A model generated the notes under the pieces. It made no database searches. It saw only the letters and a program-made list of their open reading frames with translations, and was not told the DNA's origin. Position numbers and translations under genes: made by a program. Shown here in pieces: positions 9,315 to 17,211 of a stretch of 54,464 bases of DNA. The DNA lies in assembly GCA_003599745.1 (NCBI GenBank), contig QZJL01000058.1, forward strand, positions 1 through 54,464, written 5' to 3'. The DNA comes from Dehalococcoidia bacterium. GTDB taxonomy: Bacteria > Chloroflexota > Dehalococcoidia > Dehalococcoidales > SURF-40. How positions within the stretch are numbered: the stretch's first letter is position 1; every line of letters starts with the position of its first letter.

Positions 9315-10364
9315 TCAATTTACGCAACGGAGCATACCTTCGCTTAGCTCTTCCACTACACCGCCACCAAGCAACGATGCTTTGAACCTCACCTTGCCAT
9401 CCGGCGCGGTGTAGGTACAGGCCTTCAGCGCGTCAAACAACACCACTCCCTTAAACGCCCATTCGCCAGCAGGAGACTCCTTGACGAATTCAGGTAATCG
9501 ATAACATTGCGAGTAACTATAAACCCGCTTTTTATAATACCATAGGTAAGACTGGCTTTCTTCAGTCCAACCTTCCAGCTTCGATACATACTTGCAACAA
9601 TACGAAGCTACATTTACCCGATTCTTATTCTCCAAACCACTACGCCCGTACTTCCATAATACAGACATTTCATCCTCTGCACGAACAAGAAATTGCAAAC
9701 CGGGGAAAAAGACGTGTAAATGAGGATATCCAAACGCCTCATTCCTTACCCTGTGCGACCCCTTTTTATGAGCATCACACTTTCTACCGTTAGCATCCTC
9801 AAAATGATACTCCGGTATCTCTTCAACCGCTTTCAAATATTTATAGCTATTCTTTTCTACTCTGAACCTCCGGGTATTTAACGTGTGCATTAACTTCCGT
9901 AAATGCACATTACAATCTCGCCACGCTTCCTCTTTAGTATAGCGTTTTGGGTCATAGGTCAGCGTCATCAACACTCCATCAGAAAACCACCTCGAACCTA
10001 AACGCTTCCGTATATTTCGTTGCATCAGCTTACGGCCACCAGCAAAATATCTTGATTTTTCCGCCGCCCTCACCACCATATAATCAGGAAAAGGCTTTTT
10101 ACTATCATACTTAGCTAACACGACCCCTTTGCTTTTCAACCTTTCTTTATGAGCTGCGAACTCAGCGCGGTCTTCTTTTGAAATCAGCGGTTTAACCCGT
10201 GACACATTAACTCTATTATGGACAAGGAAAGTAGGATTGTTTAAAAACTCTCCATTTTTATTACGCCAGCCCTGGGCGTACGAGCTTATCCCTTGCAAAC
10301 TAACCTGGGTCTGGTTAATTGATATATCTTCGGTTGACTCGGTTAAAAACGCCGTCTTTTTCAT
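9315..10364 (-). CDS. rep: rolling-circle replication initiator (HUH endonuclease, two-Tyr superfamily I)
   Basis: Three ordered motifs: VLMTLTYD (motif 1), GYPHLHVFF (HUH) and YCCKYVSK (Y-x-x-K-Y, as in phiX174 gpA-type Reps). AGAGGTG RBS. Confidence 0.75.
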   Translation of the reverse strand: MKKTAFLTESTEDISINQTQVSLQGISSYAQGWRNKNGEFLNNPTFLVHNRVNVSRVKPLISKEDRAEFAAHKERLKSKGVVLAKYDSKKPFPDYMVVRAAEKSRYFAGGRKLMQRNIRKRLGSRWFSDGVLMTLTYDPKRYTKEEAWRDCNVHLRKLMHTLNTRRFRVEKNSYKYLKAVEEIPEYHFEDANGRKCDAHKKGSHRVRNEAFGYPHLHVFFPGLQFLVRAEDEMSVLWKYGRSGLENKNRVNVASYCCKYVSKLEGWTEESQSYLWYYKKRVYSYSQCYRLPEFVKESPAGEWAFKGVVLFDALKACTYTAPDGKVRFKASLLGGGVVEELSEGMLRCVN

Positions 10365-10385
10365 CCACTACACCTCTTTTTAAGG

Positions 10386-10420
10386 GGTGGCGGATTAACC
10401 GCCACCACCTTTAATCCGCC
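10386..10420. promoter_or_regulatory. two mutually exclusive hairpins just upstream of the rep start
   Basis: GGTGGCGG-ATTAA-CCGCCACC (10386..10406) shares its left arm with the inverted repeat GGCGGATTAA (10389..10398) / TTAATCCGCC (10411..10420). Confidence 0.5.
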
Positions 10421-10623
10421 TTTCCTTTTTTAAGTGCACGGCATTGGCAGCACATACCGCCAGTTAGCCGTTTCCACTAATCTACACCGCAACTACACTA
10501 AAAACAAGTATCCAGTTTTCAAGGCTTTTACCTCATATCTTCTTTTTCCCTATTTACCCTATACCCTTTTTTCTTATTCATACTTTATACTCAAATCAAT
10601 TTAAAAATGAGTATATTCTTCTG

Positions 10624-10713
10624 TCGGGGAAGCACCGGTGCCGCAACCATACTCCGTATGGTCGTCTCGCTTTCCTGTAACCCAGCCTCACTTTGCGGCA
10701 GGCACTTCCCCGA
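10624..10713. other. 90-nt nested stem structure in the element control region
   Basis: Outer stem TCGGGGAAG (10624..10632) / CTTCCCCGA (10705..10713). Middle stem TGCCGCAA (10639..10646) / TTGCGGCA (10693..10700). Inner hairpin CCATAC-TCC-GTATGG (10647..10661). Confidence 0.4.
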
Positions 10714-10782
10714 CCTTACCATCCTTTCCGGTCTAGGTAATCCTTACTTCGCTATCACCATCTTTAATGGAACTATTCATTA

Positions 10783-10882
10783 TTGTCTGCCTGACCTTTC
10801 AAAGTTTATACCCTTGTCAAGGGACGCTACGCTCTAAAGCCCTTGACTTACGGGTTTCTTAAATTATTGAACAGGCAGACAA
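10783..10882. repeat. 11-bp perfect inverted repeat flanking the integrase promoter region
   Basis: TTGTCTGCCTG (10783..10793) and CAGGCAGACAA (10872..10882), each preceded by ATTATTG. The palindrome CCCTTG-T-CAAGGG lies between them. Confidence 0.5.
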
Positions 10883-10910
10883 GAAGTGCCTAGTTAAAGG
10901 AGAGTGAATT

Positions 10911-11780
10911 ATGGATAGAGCTCAGTACAGTACCTACGGAGAGATTATTTACCAAGACCTACTCGGCCGTGGCAAAAAACCATCTTCTGCCAAACAATGG
11001 GGAAGCATTATCACCAAGTTCGAGCAGATATGCGGCAACAAATCATCTTACGACCGGTCAGACGTCATCAAGTACCTTGCCGCCCGCAGACAAGCCGGTA
11101 TCAAGCAAAATACCATCAACAAAGAGTTACACGCTCTCAAGCTCCTCTGGCAATTGCTGGAAATCGATAAATTCCCGAAACTTAGTATGCCAAAAGTTAA
11201 AGACTCAGATATATCACGCCCTATCCTCGCCAAAGACCAGATAATACAGCTTATCCAGCGTAGCTTCGATACAGTCTCACCACGCTACCAGGCTTTCCTG
11301 GCCCTTGCCACGGTATACGGCATCCGCCGCGAAGAAATAACTCGTATCAACCCGAGCGAGCACATCAAAAACGGTCAGCTCACCATCCTTACCGCTAAAG
11401 GTGGCGTACCTACCAACCATATCATTCCTGAATGCCTACAACCTATCCTCAAGCACTTCGACCCTACCGATGTAATCTATCTAAGCTCAGTGTTCCGCAG
11501 GATTTGTCGCGCCTGCGGTATCAAAACAGGCAAGCGCTACGGCTGGCACAGCATACGCCGGGCACTCGTAACCGAGCTAGTCATATCCGAGGCATCAGGT
11601 CTTAATATCGTACGCTTTATGCGATGGAGCGACCAAACTTCCGGCAACGGCGAGTTCGGAATGCTCACTCTCTACGCCAAAAAAGACCAAGCTCAAATCG
11701 ATAAACAGATTTTCGCCGTTCATCCTTTCCTTCCAGTCTGGGAAAATCCCATCAACTTCAATACCAAAGGAGTAAAGTAA
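10911..11780 (+). CDS. tyrosine recombinase / integrase (paralog 1)
   Basis: Catalytic set in order: GIRREE (Arg), TAKGG (Lys), HSIRR (His-x-x-Arg), MRWSD (Trp), LYAKKD (Tyr). AAAGGAGAG RBS. Confidence 0.85.
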   Translation: MDRAQYSTYGEIIYQDLLGRGKKPSSAKQWGSIITKFEQICGNKSSYDRSDVIKYLAARRQAGIKQNTINKELHALKLLWQLLEIDKFPKLSMPKVKDSDISRPILAKDQIIQLIQRSFDTVSPRYQAFLALATVYGIRREEITRINPSEHIKNGQLTILTAKGGVPTNHIIPECLQPILKHFDPTDVIYLSSVFRRICRACGIKTGKRYGWHSIRRALVTELVISEASGLNIVRFMRWSDQTSGNGEFGMLTLYAKKDQAQIDKQIFAVHPFLPVWENPINFNTKGVK

Positions 11781-12670
11781 TGACCACCTGGTTAAGGTCT
11801 AAAAAAACATTTTCTCCCTACGGCGAAATGGTTTACCTTGACCTAATCGGTCGCGGCAAAACCTTACACACCGCCAGACAATGGGGGAACCTCATCTCCA
11901 ACTTCGAGCAGATATGCGGCAACAAATCATCTTACGACCGGTCAGACGTCATCAAGTACCTTGCCGCCCGCAGACAGGTCAACATCAACAACAATTCCCT
12001 AGTCCGCACTGAATTGGCCGCTCTCAAGCTTCTCTGGCAATTGCTTGAAATCGATAAATTCCCAAAACTCAATATGCCAAAAGTAAGGAATTATGACGTT
12101 CTACGGCCTATCCTCACCAAAGAACAAATCATCCAGCTTATTCAGTCAAGCTTCAACTCCGTTTCACTTCGTAATCAGGCTTTCCTGGCCCTTGCCACGG
12201 TATACGGCATCCGCCGCGAAGAAATGGCTCGCATCAACCCGAGCGAGCACATCAAAAACGGCCAGCTCACCATCCTTACCGCTAAAGGTGGCATACCCAC
12301 CAACCATATCATTCCTGAATGCCTACAAGCTATCCTCAAACACTTCGAGCCAATAGGGCCAACATCTCTTTCCACTTCCTTTCAGATTATCTGTAAATCC
12401 TGTGATATCCACCTCGGCCAGCGTTACGGCTGGCACAGCATACGCCGGGCACTCGTAACCGAGCTAGTCATATCCGAGGCATCAGCCCTTAACATCGTAC
12501 GCTTTATGCGATGGAGCGACCAAACTTCCGGCAACGGCGAGTTCCGGATGCTCGCACGCTACGCTAAAAAAGACCAAGCTCAAATCGATAAACAGATTTT
12601 CGCCGTTCATCCTTTCTTAAAATACTGGCAAACGCCAGTCAAAGCATACACCGAAGGAAAAGTAAAATGA
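11780..12670 (+). CDS. tyrosine recombinase / integrase (paralog 2)
   Basis: Same catalytic set as paralog 1 (GIRREE, TAKGG, HSIRR, MRWSD, RYAKKD). Its start overlaps the paralog 1 stop (TAATG). Confidence 0.85.
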   Translation: MTTWLRSKKTFSPYGEMVYLDLIGRGKTLHTARQWGNLISNFEQICGNKSSYDRSDVIKYLAARRQVNINNNSLVRTELAALKLLWQLLEIDKFPKLNMPKVRNYDVLRPILTKEQIIQLIQSSFNSVSLRNQAFLALATVYGIRREEMARINPSEHIKNGQLTILTAKGGIPTNHIIPECLQAILKHFEPIGPTSLSTSFQIICKSCDIHLGQRYGWHSIRRALVTELVISEASALNIVRFMRWSDQTSGNGEFRMLARYAKKDQAQIDKQIFAVHPFLKYWQTPVKAYTEGKVK

Positions 12671-12831
12671 CTAACGAAGCCGCCTGTATCACCTGCGAAT
12701 TTCTTACCAGCATCAATTGTCCTCGTCAAGATGAACTGGATAAATACGAGGACCCGGTAAAACCATTCTGCACCACTTGCCCTTTCTGGAAGCCATACAT
12801 TGACAAACGCTGCAAAATTACTCTATATTAA
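12667..12831 (+). CDS. 54-aa Cys-rich mini-protein (not in ORF track)
   Basis: The ATG overlaps the integrase-2 TGA (ATGA). Translation is MTNEAACITCEFLTSINCPRQDELDKYEDPVKPFCTTCPFWKPYIDKRCKITLY, with CxxC..C...CxxC..C zinc-ribbon-like spacing. Confidence 0.45.
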   Translation: MTNEAACITCEFLTSINCPRQDELDKYEDPVKPFCTTCPFWKPYIDKRCKITLY

Positions 12832-12867
12832 CTCACACAGAGGAATATATTCCTAAAGGAGTGCTAA

Positions 12868-13092
12868 ATGCAACTGATATTGACTCTCACCAGTCCACCA
12901 TATAATACCAGCCCAGCTATTCACACCTACTACTTGCACCGCAAAAACAAACACAGGCTATTATCCCTCAAAGTTACCACCTGCGAAATACCGCCATCCG
13001 GTTATACCTTCGCCGAGAAAATAAACGCCAATAATCCCGAAGAAGCCTGGGCTATCGCTAAAAAAATCACAGCAAAATCACTACTTCCATAA
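12868..13092 (+). CDS. hypothetical 74-aa element protein
   Basis: AAAGGAG RBS. Very AT-rich. Shares a ~25-aa module (INANNPEEAWAIAKKI) with the next ORF. Confidence 0.4.
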   Translation: MQLILTLTSPPYNTSPAIHTYYLHRKNKHRLLSLKVTTCEIPPSGYTFAEKINANNPEEAWAIAKKITAKSLLP

Positions 13093-13102
13093 ATACCGGC
13101 AG

Positions 13103-13741
13103 ATGCCAATCAAAATGAAGCACAAAACCAAAACTTACTTCGTATATATCTATACCACGGCAAAATCAATGCGCCTTGACCTATCCTCACATTATTACGA
13201 AAATATTGGGAAAGGCTACCGGCTTTTTACCAGTATCAACGCATCATCATTTGACTCGGCCATAGACCGACTCTCCCACCTCTTCAACACAACATTCTCT
13301 TTCGAAAATCCAGTCACCAACTCCACATACTTCTTGCTTCATTTAAAAACCCAAAAGCCTAACCATAACCTAATCAGACCAACAAATCTTAAAATATTGC
13401 ATTGGAGCAAAATAACTAAAAAAATGCTCCAATCATCAACCGTCCTCTCAAGAATTGAAGCACGCTCTTATGAACAAGCCATTAATTGGTTTATATCTGA
13501 ATTCGATACCACACGCGAAATAAAACAATACCTTCTACACCTCGACATCTACAAACAACTAGCCATTGAAAACCACCAAAACAAAATACTTGAACTTTCA
13601 GGTCTTAAATACGTATGCAATCCTAAAATAATCACTAGAAATAACAGAAACGTTTTAATATCAATTGGAGGACATTTCATTAAAATCGGCAACGAAGAAC
13701 AAATTTACAGACCAGTGGAAGACCCCTTTAGTATCTATTAA
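13103..13741 (+). CDS. hypothetical 212-aa element protein with two copies of the same module
   Basis: Contains INASSFDSAIDRLSHLF and IEARSYEQAINWFISEF. No family recognised. Confidence 0.5.
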   Translation: MPIKMKHKTKTYFVYIYTTAKSMRLDLSSHYYENIGKGYRLFTSINASSFDSAIDRLSHLFNTTFSFENPVTNSTYFLLHLKTQKPNHNLIRPTNLKILHWSKITKKMLQSSTVLSRIEARSYEQAINWFISEFDTTREIKQYLLHLDIYKQLAIENHQNKILELSGLKYVCNPKIITRNNRNVLISIGGHFIKIGNEEQIYRPVEDPFSIY

Positions 13742-13901
13742 AAATTGACCAAAACCCCTCAGTCCACTTATACTAGAATATGAACAACCACGCTCGCTCA
13801 GTATACTTTTAGCTTCAACAGTCTAAACTATTTTAGGGTGGAGTAATAGTCTCTGGCCAACCGTCCGGTCGGGACCAAATTAATTACCCACTAAAGTCGT
13901 T

Positions 13902-14573
13902 ATGGAAATTACGCTGTTAATCGCCTTCTCCGCAGGTTTACTGGCCTTTCTGTCGCCATGCGTTTTGCCGCTGGTACCCGTCTATCTTGCCAGCGTCTGC
14001 GGCCCGCAGGTCTTTGACCCCGCCGTCCGGCCCGGGCATCTGGTGATATTGCGCCACACCCTCGGCTTCATCCTGGGTTTTTCCCTGGTCTTTGTCGCGA
14101 TGGGAGCCGCCGCCGGCTTCGCCGGTTTCGTCCTGAACTCCAGTGCCACTGTCCGCAGCGTCGGGGGCGGCCTGATGGTTCTTATGGGGCTATTTGTCCT
14201 GGCCGGTCTGAAATTCCCCTGGCTGAACTACCAGCGGGGGTTTCACCTTTCCCCGGGCAACATAACCGGCTCCCTGCGCTCCCTGGTAGTCGGGGCGGTC
14301 TTTTCCCTGGCTTGGGCGCCGTGCATTGTCGCCCTGCTGGGGGGCACCCTGTCGCTGGCGCTGAGTACCGGAGGGTGGTGGCAGGGCAGTTACCTGCTGG
14401 CCGCCTTTTCACTGGGCATCGGGCTGCCTTTCGTCATTATCGGTCTCGCCTTCGACGCCCTTTCTCCCCGTATTAAACGTCTCGGACGATACTCCCTGCG
14501 GTTGCACGCCGCCAGCGGTCTGCTGATGATAGCGGTGGGCATCAGTATTCTGGCGGGCTGGCTGGGAAGCTAG
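13902..14573 (+). CDS. ccdA: cytochrome c biogenesis protein CcdA (DsbD transmembrane domain family)
   Basis: N-terminal FLSPCVLPLVPVY motif, a second conserved Cys (WAPC), and six TM helices. Confidence 0.85.
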   Translation: MEITLLIAFSAGLLAFLSPCVLPLVPVYLASVCGPQVFDPAVRPGHLVILRHTLGFILGFSLVFVAMGAAAGFAGFVLNSSATVRSVGGGLMVLMGLFVLAGLKFPWLNYQRGFHLSPGNITGSLRSLVVGAVFSLAWAPCIVALLGGTLSLALSTGGWWQGSYLLAAFSLGIGLPFVIIGLAFDALSPRIKRLGRYSLRLHAASGLLMIAVGISILAGWLGS

Positions 14574-14682
14574 ATGTATTTGAAACCAAAGCCGTGCTCC
14601 GGGCAAAACCCGGCGACGGCAGCGCGTTTGCCAGGTTAGAAACCAGTATCGCGGGCGTGTGCCCCGAACAAGGAGGCCTGAA

Positions 14683-15015
14683 ATGAGTGATGTTTTAGAC
14701 GAAGCCTACGCTATCGCCCGGTGCAAGGACTGTCCCTGGTACAAAACCTGCGTTTCACCGATGAAGTTCACCGCCGAAGACCTGCAACGCCAGATGGAGC
14801 AGGGCGGCGCAGTCCCCGGCATGCCGGTAGACCCCGGCGCCCAGAACCTCATCGCCAGCATGGCCACCGCCGCCCAGAACTCGCTGCTGGAAGCCTGCCC
14901 GGTTTTTATAAACCGGTTACGTTCAAGCCCCAGGCTGGCCCAAATCCTGAAGAAAGCCATGATGGAGTGGGGGTCATCGGAAAAGCCGCCGGTTGACCGG
15001 CTACCGGATTCCTGA
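14683..15015 (+). CDS. hypothetical Cys-containing protein
   Basis: I prefer the ATG at 14683, which sits behind AGGAGG at 14671, over the GTG used by the track. Contains CKDCPWYKTC plus a later EACP. Confidence 0.55.
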   Translation: MSDVLDEAYAIARCKDCPWYKTCVSPMKFTAEDLQRQMEQGGAVPGMPVDPGAQNLIASMATAAQNSLLEACPVFINRLRSSPRLAQILKKAMMEWGSSEKPPVDRLPDS

Positions 15016-15058
15016 TAACGTAAGGCTGCCGGAGCGCTAATAGCTATCAGGCGGACAG

Positions 15059-15736
15059 ATGGCGGTAAACCCCGAATCGCTGAAACGAAGCCCGTACTTT
15101 GCCGGACTTTCCCGGGCAGAAGTCGAGGCCATAGGCCGGCATTTTTTCGAAAAAGTACTCACCCGGGAAGAAATCATTATATTGGAAGGCGAACCGGCCA
15201 GCGCCCTGTATTTCGTGGTCTCGGGAGCGGTAAAGCTTTTGAAGACCTCCGCCGGTGGCAAAGAGCAAATCCTGGACATTGCGTTGCCCGGGGCCACTTT
15301 CAATGATGCCATCATGTTCACCGGCGGGACGAATCGCTACAGCGCCCAGGCAATGGGACCGGCGGTCGTCTACGGTCTGCCCGGAGACAAACTCGAAGCA
15401 ATCTTGCGGGACTACCCCGTAGTCGCCCGCAACCTCATCGGGGTGCTCGCCGGCCAGCTGCTGCGCCTTACCTCGCTGGTCGAAGACCTCTCATTCCGCA
15501 CGGTGACCGGTCGCGTCGCCCGAATTCTGCTGGACTATGCCGCCGACGGTGGCACCGGCGGGCGCTTTCTCACCCAGCGCGAGATGGCAGCCATGGCGGG
15601 CACGGTGCGGGAAGTGGTGGGACGCTCGCTCCGAGACCTGGCAGACCGGGGCGTCATTACCATTGACCATCACCGCATCGCCATCAGAGACCGCAAAGCC
15701 CTGGAAAACATCGCCGGGACCGCCGATGAGACATAA
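15059..15736 (+). CDS. Crp/Fnr family transcriptional regulator
   Basis: cNMP-binding beta-roll (LYFVVSGAVKL) followed by a C-terminal HTH (LTQREMAAMAGTVREVVGRSLRDL). Confidence 0.9.
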   Translation: MAVNPESLKRSPYFAGLSRAEVEAIGRHFFEKVLTREEIIILEGEPASALYFVVSGAVKLLKTSAGGKEQILDIALPGATFNDAIMFTGGTNRYSAQAMGPAVVYGLPGDKLEAILRDYPVVARNLIGVLAGQLLRLTSLVEDLSFRTVTGRVARILLDYAADGGTGGRFLTQREMAAMAGTVREVVGRSLRDLADRGVITIDHHRIAIRDRKALENIAGTADET

Positions 15737-15790
15737 GTCACATACCGCAGAGGAAGACAGGTGTTATTATGAAATCTAGAGGTTGCGGAA

Positions 15791-15991
15791 TTGTGTGATA
15801 GACCGTTAATCGACCCGGCGAAGTGCGATGGCTGCGGTGTCTGCGCCGGTGTTTGTCCCCAATCTGCCCTGGTCGTGACCGGCGGAAAGGTAAACTTCAC
15901 CATGACCGCGGGTTGCTCCTGGTGCGGCGAGTGCGAGGCGGTCTGTCCCAGCGGCGCCATCGGCTGTCCCTACGAAATCGTCTTCGGATAA
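15791..15991 (+). CDS. 2x[4Fe-4S] ferredoxin
   Basis: Two cluster motifs, CDGCGVCAGVCP and CSWCGECEAVCP. TTG start. Confidence 0.8.
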   Translation: MCDRPLIDPAKCDGCGVCAGVCPQSALVVTGGKVNFTMTAGCSWCGECEAVCPSGAIGCPYEIVFG

Positions 15992-16123
15992 TTCCCCGCC
16001 CGTAAAGGTTTTCCCTCTCCGAATGAGATGAAAGTCACATACAAACCCCGCCGTTCGGCCTAAAATGTTTATTTGAGAAGCGACTTCTGCCTGAGATAAG
16101 AACTTCTCGAACGGGGTGACATT

Positions 16124-16387
16124 ATGGCGATAAGATTAAAGAGCTGTCCCAAGTGCGGCGGCGACGTCCGCATTGACCGCGACGAGTACGGCTGGTTCGA
16201 GCAGTGTATCCAGTGTGGCTATGAACGCGACCTGGAAACCATCGTGGTGAAGCCGCAGCATCCGCAAAGAGGCGAGCCGCAAAAAGGCGGGAACTGGCAC
16301 CACGGAAATGTCGAGCTTGGCCCGATTGTGCCATTCTCTCTGCCGTCGGAAGATCTCCGCAAGGAAAAGAGGGCACGGACGGCTTAA
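16124..16387 (+). CDS. zinc-ribbon protein
   Basis: Contains CPKCGG..x19..CIQCG. No further family recognised. Confidence 0.5.
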   Translation: MAIRLKSCPKCGGDVRIDRDEYGWFEQCIQCGYERDLETIVVKPQHPQRGEPQKGGNWHHGNVELGPIVPFSLPSEDLRKEKRARTA

Positions 16388-16458
16388 ACCGGGTTTCCGT
16401 GCCGCAGTTACTGGAGTGATGCGCCCGGCGTCTATTGTTCACATCTGGCAAAAGACGA

Positions 16459-17211
16459 CTAGAAGCCGGTCGGCGGCTGCCAGCGGATAACGCGGCCCGT
16501 CCAGACCTGCCTGATGGCGGCTGCCAAAGTCGCCTGCCCGGGATGGCGGATATCCAGGCGGTAAGGCAGGACACGCTGGGCAAGCCGCCCGCTGAAAGCA
16601 CACTCTTTCTGGAAAGCCGCCAGGGTGAATTTTTCACCGCCGTAGACCATATAGTCCATTTCCCGCAGGTGCGACTCGAAATGCTCACGCATATGGCCGC
16701 ATACCCGGCTAAAAAACGACTCCGCCTGCTTTTCCCGGTGACGGCGAAAACGCGCCGCCGAAGAGCCGCCCTGGCGGTGGCGGGCGTGTACCAGGCCGGT
16801 ACCCACCTTGCTCGACACCAGTTTTTCACCATCGAAAACGCCAACCGCGTAGGCCCCGAGGCGCAGGAGCACGATGCCAATGGTGGACTCGGTTTCGAGC
16901 ATTAACCTGAGCGGTTCAACGGTGTAGCCACCGAAAATTGCCTTTTCTTTAACCGGAAAGGGCGGCAGCACCACAAGGCGGTAAGGCTCACCCCAGAAAA
17001 CCACCGCACCTGTCGGAGCGCTTAAAAACCCCGCCAAATCGGGCAGGGCTTCTGCCAGCCCCGGCACTCTGGCGGCCAGCCCGGCGGCTTCATCGGACGG
17101 ACAATCCGGCAGCAGGTAAAGCGACCCGGCTTCGCCGTCGGCGGCTTTAATCTCGCCGAGCAGGTCGAGCAGGTGCCGCCTTTTCAGTCTTTCCTCACCG
17201 GTAACCGGCAT
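16459..17211 (-). CDS. Vms1/VLRF1-like (acVLRF1-type) putative peptidyl-tRNA hydrolase
   Basis: The core GAYAVGVFDGEKLVSSKVGTGLVHARHRQGGSSAARFRRHREKQ matches my recollection of the bacterial VLRF1 signature (GGYAVGVF..L..SKVG...GG.S..RF.RRRE.Q). Its ATG overlaps the mutS2 TGA by 1 nt. Confidence 0.6.
   Translation of the reverse strand: MPVTGEERLKRRHLLDLLGEIKAADGEAGSLYLLPDCPSDEAAGLAARVPGLAEALPDLAGFLSAPTGAVVFWGEPYRLVVLPPFPVKEKAIFGGYTVEPLRLMLETESTIGIVLLRLGAYAVGVFDGEKLVSSKVGTGLVHARHRQGGSSAARFRRHREKQAESFFSRVCGHMREHFESHLREMDYMVYGGEKFTLAAFQKECAFSGRLAQRVLPYRLDIRHPGQATLAAAIRQVWTGRVIRWQPPTGF

Larger units (their letters stand above)
8824..13901. mobile_element. integrated ~5 kb AT-rich element: HUH Rep plus two tyrosine recombinases (outer limits are the flanking core genes; a tighter candidate is 8954..13775)
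   Basis: Sharp drop in GC between cobS and ccdA. Two divergent operons (Rep side and integrase side) flank a 546-bp structured non-coding centre. An imperfect 16-bp direct repeat CAGTCCAYTTATWCT at 8954 and 13760 brackets all element ORFs. Confidence 0.6.

Noticed and set aside
10607-10837. 76-aa ORF inside the mobile-element control region
   Set aside because: It overlaps the nested stems and inverted repeats, has no RBS, and its composition is unlike the neighbouring element genes. I treated it as non-coding.
16122-16880. 252-aa minus-strand ORF overlapping the zinc-ribbon gene and the VLRF1-like gene in another frame
   Set aside because: The product is Arg/Ser/Ala-rich with no motifs. 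The competing frames carry recognisable signatures and proper RBS and coupling signals.
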